NCBI GenBank assembly: GCA_017650325.1
Contig: JAGCFC010000229.1
Span: 5,637-69,636 of the forward strand
Direction of reading: 5' to 3'
DNA: 64,000 nt
Origin: Salinivirgaceae bacterium
Lineage (GTDB): Bacteria > Bacteroidota > Bacteroidia > Bacteroidales > SZUA-534
A program made the position numbers and the translations under genes. Position 1 is the first letter of the stretch. The number at the start of each line of letters is the position of its first letter. Shown here in pieces: positions 61,932 to 64,000 of this stretch. The notes under the pieces were generated by a model that did no database searches, was not told the origin of the DNA, and worked only from the letters and a program-made list of their open reading frames with translations.

Positions 61932-63524
61932 TCACTTCTTAGCTTCGACAGCAGCCTTTTCGATAGCCAAACCTGCCTTGTAGTTTTCAATGTAACGATT
62001 GAATCCTGCAACATCTTCGGCAGTCGGGGCAATCTCAACACCGGTGTTTCCGGCAAAGACTTTAGCATCGAGCCAATCGGCCAGAGTTTGCTTTTGAGCG
62101 TTGTTGACCAAGTATGAAGCCAACAGAGCGATACCCCAAGCACCACCTTCGCCAGCAGTTTCCATAACAGAGATTGGCGAGTTGATGGCTGCGGCAAGCA
62201 CACGCTGTCCAACACCTTTGGTCTTGAACAAACCACCGTGGCCAGTGATGCGGTCAACCTTCACGTTCTCTTGCTTGAACAAGATATCGTTGCCCAATTT
62301 GAGCACGCCGACAGAACCGTAGAGGTGCGCGCGCATAAAGTTGGCAAGGGTGAACTTGTCGTTTGCCGAACGCACAAACAACGGACGTCCTTCGGCAAGT
62401 CCGGTAACAGGCTCGCCCGAAATGTAGTTGTATGAGAGCAGACCGCCACAATCGGCATCGCCAGTGAGAGCATTGTTGTAGAGTTTGCCGAAAAGTTCGT
62501 TCATATCAACTTTAATACCCATCAGCTCTTCGAACTCGCGGAAGATTCCAACCCAGGCGTTAAGGTCGCTTGTGCAGTTGTTGCAGTGCACCATAGCTAC
62601 CAGACTGCCGTCGGGAGTTGTCACCATATCAATCATCTCGTACGGTTTCGAGAGTTCCTTCTCAAGCACAATCATCGAGAACGATGATGTTCCTGCCGAG
62701 ACGTTGCCTGTGCGCTGTTTTACGGCATTGGTAGCCACCATACCCGTTCCAGCGTCGCCTTCAGGCGGACAGAGCGGAATACCTGCTTTCAAATGTCCCG
62801 ATGGGTCGAGACGTTTGGCACCTTCGGCGGTGAGAACACCTGCGTTGTCACCAGCATTGAGCGATTTCGGCAGAATGTCGAGCAACTTCCAACCCAGTTT
62901 CTTAGGCGCAATCAGCTTGTCGAACTTCTCAACCATTGTAGCGTCGTAGGTTTTGGTCTTCGGGTCGACAGGAATCATACCCGATGCATCACCCACGCCA
63001 AGTACCTTCTCGCCTGTGAGCTGCCAGTGAATGTCTCCGGCAAGTGTAGTCAGGAAGTCGATGTCGGCAACGTGCTTGTCACCGTTCAAAATGCACTGAT
63101 AGAGGTGCGAAATCGACCAGCGAAGCGGAATGTTGTAGTTGAAGAGTTTCGACAGTTCGGCTGCAGCCTGACCAGTGTTGGTGTTACGCCAAGTGCGGAA
63201 CGGCACCAGAATCTGCTGTTTGCTGTCGAAAGCCATATAGCCGTGCATCATTGCGCTGATGCCAATGGCTGCAAGGTTCTCAATTTCAACACCGTACTGT
63301 TTCTTAACGTCGGCGCGAAGGTCGGCGTAGCAATCCTGAAGGCCTTTCCAGATAATATCAATTGAATATGTCCAAAGACCGTCAACCAATTGATTTTCCC
63401 ATTCGAAGCTGCCTTGTGCGATAGGTTTATTGTCGCCGTCAATCAGAACGGCCTTTATACGGGTCGAGCCAAACTCTATACCGAGAATGGCCTTGCCCGA
63501 TTGAATGGTTTCTTTAGCGTTCAT
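61932..63524 (-). CDS. FGGY-family carbohydrate kinase (ribulokinase/xylulokinase-like)
   Basis: [18 protein letters not shown]-terminal ATPase motif and [19 protein letters not shown]-terminal motif. Substrate not assignable by eye. Confidence 0.8.
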   Translation of the reverse strand: MNAKETIQSGKAILGIEFGSTRIKAVLIDGDNKPIAQGSFEWENQLVDGLWTYSIDIIWKGLQDCYADLRADVKKQYGVEIENLAAIGISAMMHGYMAFDSKQQILVPFRTWRNTNTGQAAAELSKLFNYNIPLRWSISHLYQCILNGDKHVADIDFLTTLAGDIHWQLTGEKVLGVGDASGMIPVDPKTKTYDATMVEKFDKLIAPKKLGWKLLDILPKSLNAGDNAGVLTAEGAKRLDPSGHLKAGIPLCPPEGDAGTGMVATNAVKQRTGNVSAGTSSFSMIVLEKELSKPYEMIDMVTTPDGSLVAMVHCNNCTSDLNAWVGIFREFEELMGIKVDMNELFGKLYNNALTGDADCGGLLSYNYISGEPVTGLAEGRPLFVRSANDKFTLANFMRAHLYGSVGVLKLGNDILFKQENVKVDRITGHGGLFKTKGVGQRVLAAAINSPISVMETAGEGGAWGIALLASYLVNNAQKQTLADWLDAKVFAGNTGVEIAPTAEDVAGFNRYIENYKAGLAIEKAAVEAKK

Positions 63525-63541
63525 ATTACTTCATATTTATG

Positions 63542-63577
63542 CGCAGAGTTCGCAGAGAAGACAAAGGACACAGAGGT
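63542..63577 (+). repeat. array of four tandem 9-mers (CGCAGAGTT CGCAGAGAA GACAAAGGA CACAGAGGT) abutting the GxxExxY stop codon
   Basis: Read directly. It is inverted relative to the array at 63973-63998. Confidence 0.8.
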
Positions 63578-63972
63578 TATCCGTTGATTTTTCGTACAAT
63601 GCCGTCGACCAAACGTGGTACGTTGAAATTGATGAGCAAGCCCAAATTCTTCTTTGTCAGTTTGAGATATGTCATAAGTTGATGCTCACAAACGACAGGC
63701 ATCCAATTTAATGACTTTAATTCCAATACTATCTCATCTTCTACCAATAGGTCGATGACAAAGAACTTTTTTGTAGGATGACCTTTGTAATACAAAGGCA
63801 AACGCACTTGTTGTTTAACTTTCAATCCCCTTTGCTCAAGTTCTTCAATAAGGCATATTTCATAGACAGATTCGAGCAGGCCCAGCCCTAAAAATTTGTG
63901 AACTTCTATCGCCGCACCAATGATACCTTCCGATATCTTGTTCAAATAATCTAATCTATCTTTTTCAACCAT
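63577..63972 (-). CDS. GxxExxY-family protein (PD-(D/E)XK nuclease-like fold)
   Basis: IIGAAIEVHKFLGLGLLESVYEICLIEEL contains the G-x-x-E-x-x-Y signature. 131 aa is the typical size. Confidence 0.85.
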   Translation of the reverse strand: MVEKDRLDYLNKISEGIIGAAIEVHKFLGLGLLESVYEICLIEELEQRGLKVKQQVRLPLYYKGHPTKKFFVIDLLVEDEIVLELKSLNWMPVVCEHQLMTYLKLTKKNLGLLINFNVPRLVDGIVRKING

Positions 63973-63998
63973 TCTCCGTGTTCTCTGTCTTCACAGTG
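63973..63998 (-). repeat. array of tandem 9-mers on the minus strand (CACTGTGAA GACAGAGAA CACGGAGA+A of ATG) abutting the GxxExxY start codon
   Basis: rc of 63973-63998. 16/20 identity with the innermost 20 nt of the left array, in inverted orientation. Confidence 0.8.
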
Positions 63999-64000
63999 TT

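Noticed and set aside
1-64000. Search by eye for tRNA (GGTTCGAATCC-like T-arms), rRNA, SRP/tmRNA/RNase P signatures, CRISPR repeats, transposase/integrase genes and long inverted repeats flanking promoters (invertons).
   Set aside because: None were found in the intergenic regions. All GTTCGA-like strings lie inside well-supported coding sequences. A proper tRNAscan/Infernal/repeat-finder run is still needed to exclude them.

Overview
This 64-kb segment looks like Bacteroidota (Bacteroidales-like) chromosome. The evidence is a T9SS C-terminal sorting domain, a TonB-receptor/DUF4249 pair, a FISUMP lipoprotein, many signal-peptide/Cys lipoboxes and TAnnTTTG -7 promoter boxes. All domain calls were made by eye from the translations; no searches were run. 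I call about 57 protein genes. They are mostly housekeeping or envelope functions (gmhA, tdk, rsmI, clpS, nfeD-floA, lpxK, sppA, lpxH, pyrE, rlmB, mfd, an aminotransferase, an FGGY kinase), plus many outer-membrane, lipoprotein and porin genes. I recognised no rRNA, tRNA, CRISPR array, transposase or integrase. Several starts differ from the ORF track where a signal peptide, a promoter box or a neighbouring gene argues for an internal ATG. The stand-out is a tightly packed, terminator-bounded 10-gene operon (1156-12523). It joins a CheR / degenerate-CheR / receiver-less CheB methylation module to two membrane GAF proteins, one of which is a GAF-PAS-PAS-PP2C phosphatase. A SiaB-like kinase and a SiaC-like (DUF1987) phosphoprotein follow, then a TerB-domain ABCG-like exporter and a lipoprotein pair. 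No MCP, CheA/W/Y or GGDEF output is visible in the window. Other items worth a second look:
- an A9 tract that separates a lipoprotein signal peptide from its gene body;
- a promoter-like motif shared by three outer-membrane operons;
- a 21-bp-period GTTAAC repeat with LytTR-site architecture;
- a duplicated two-gene lipoprotein module;
- a second orphan TPR-PP2C sensor flanked by porin genes;
- a GxxExxY gene bracketed by inverted arrays of 9-mers.
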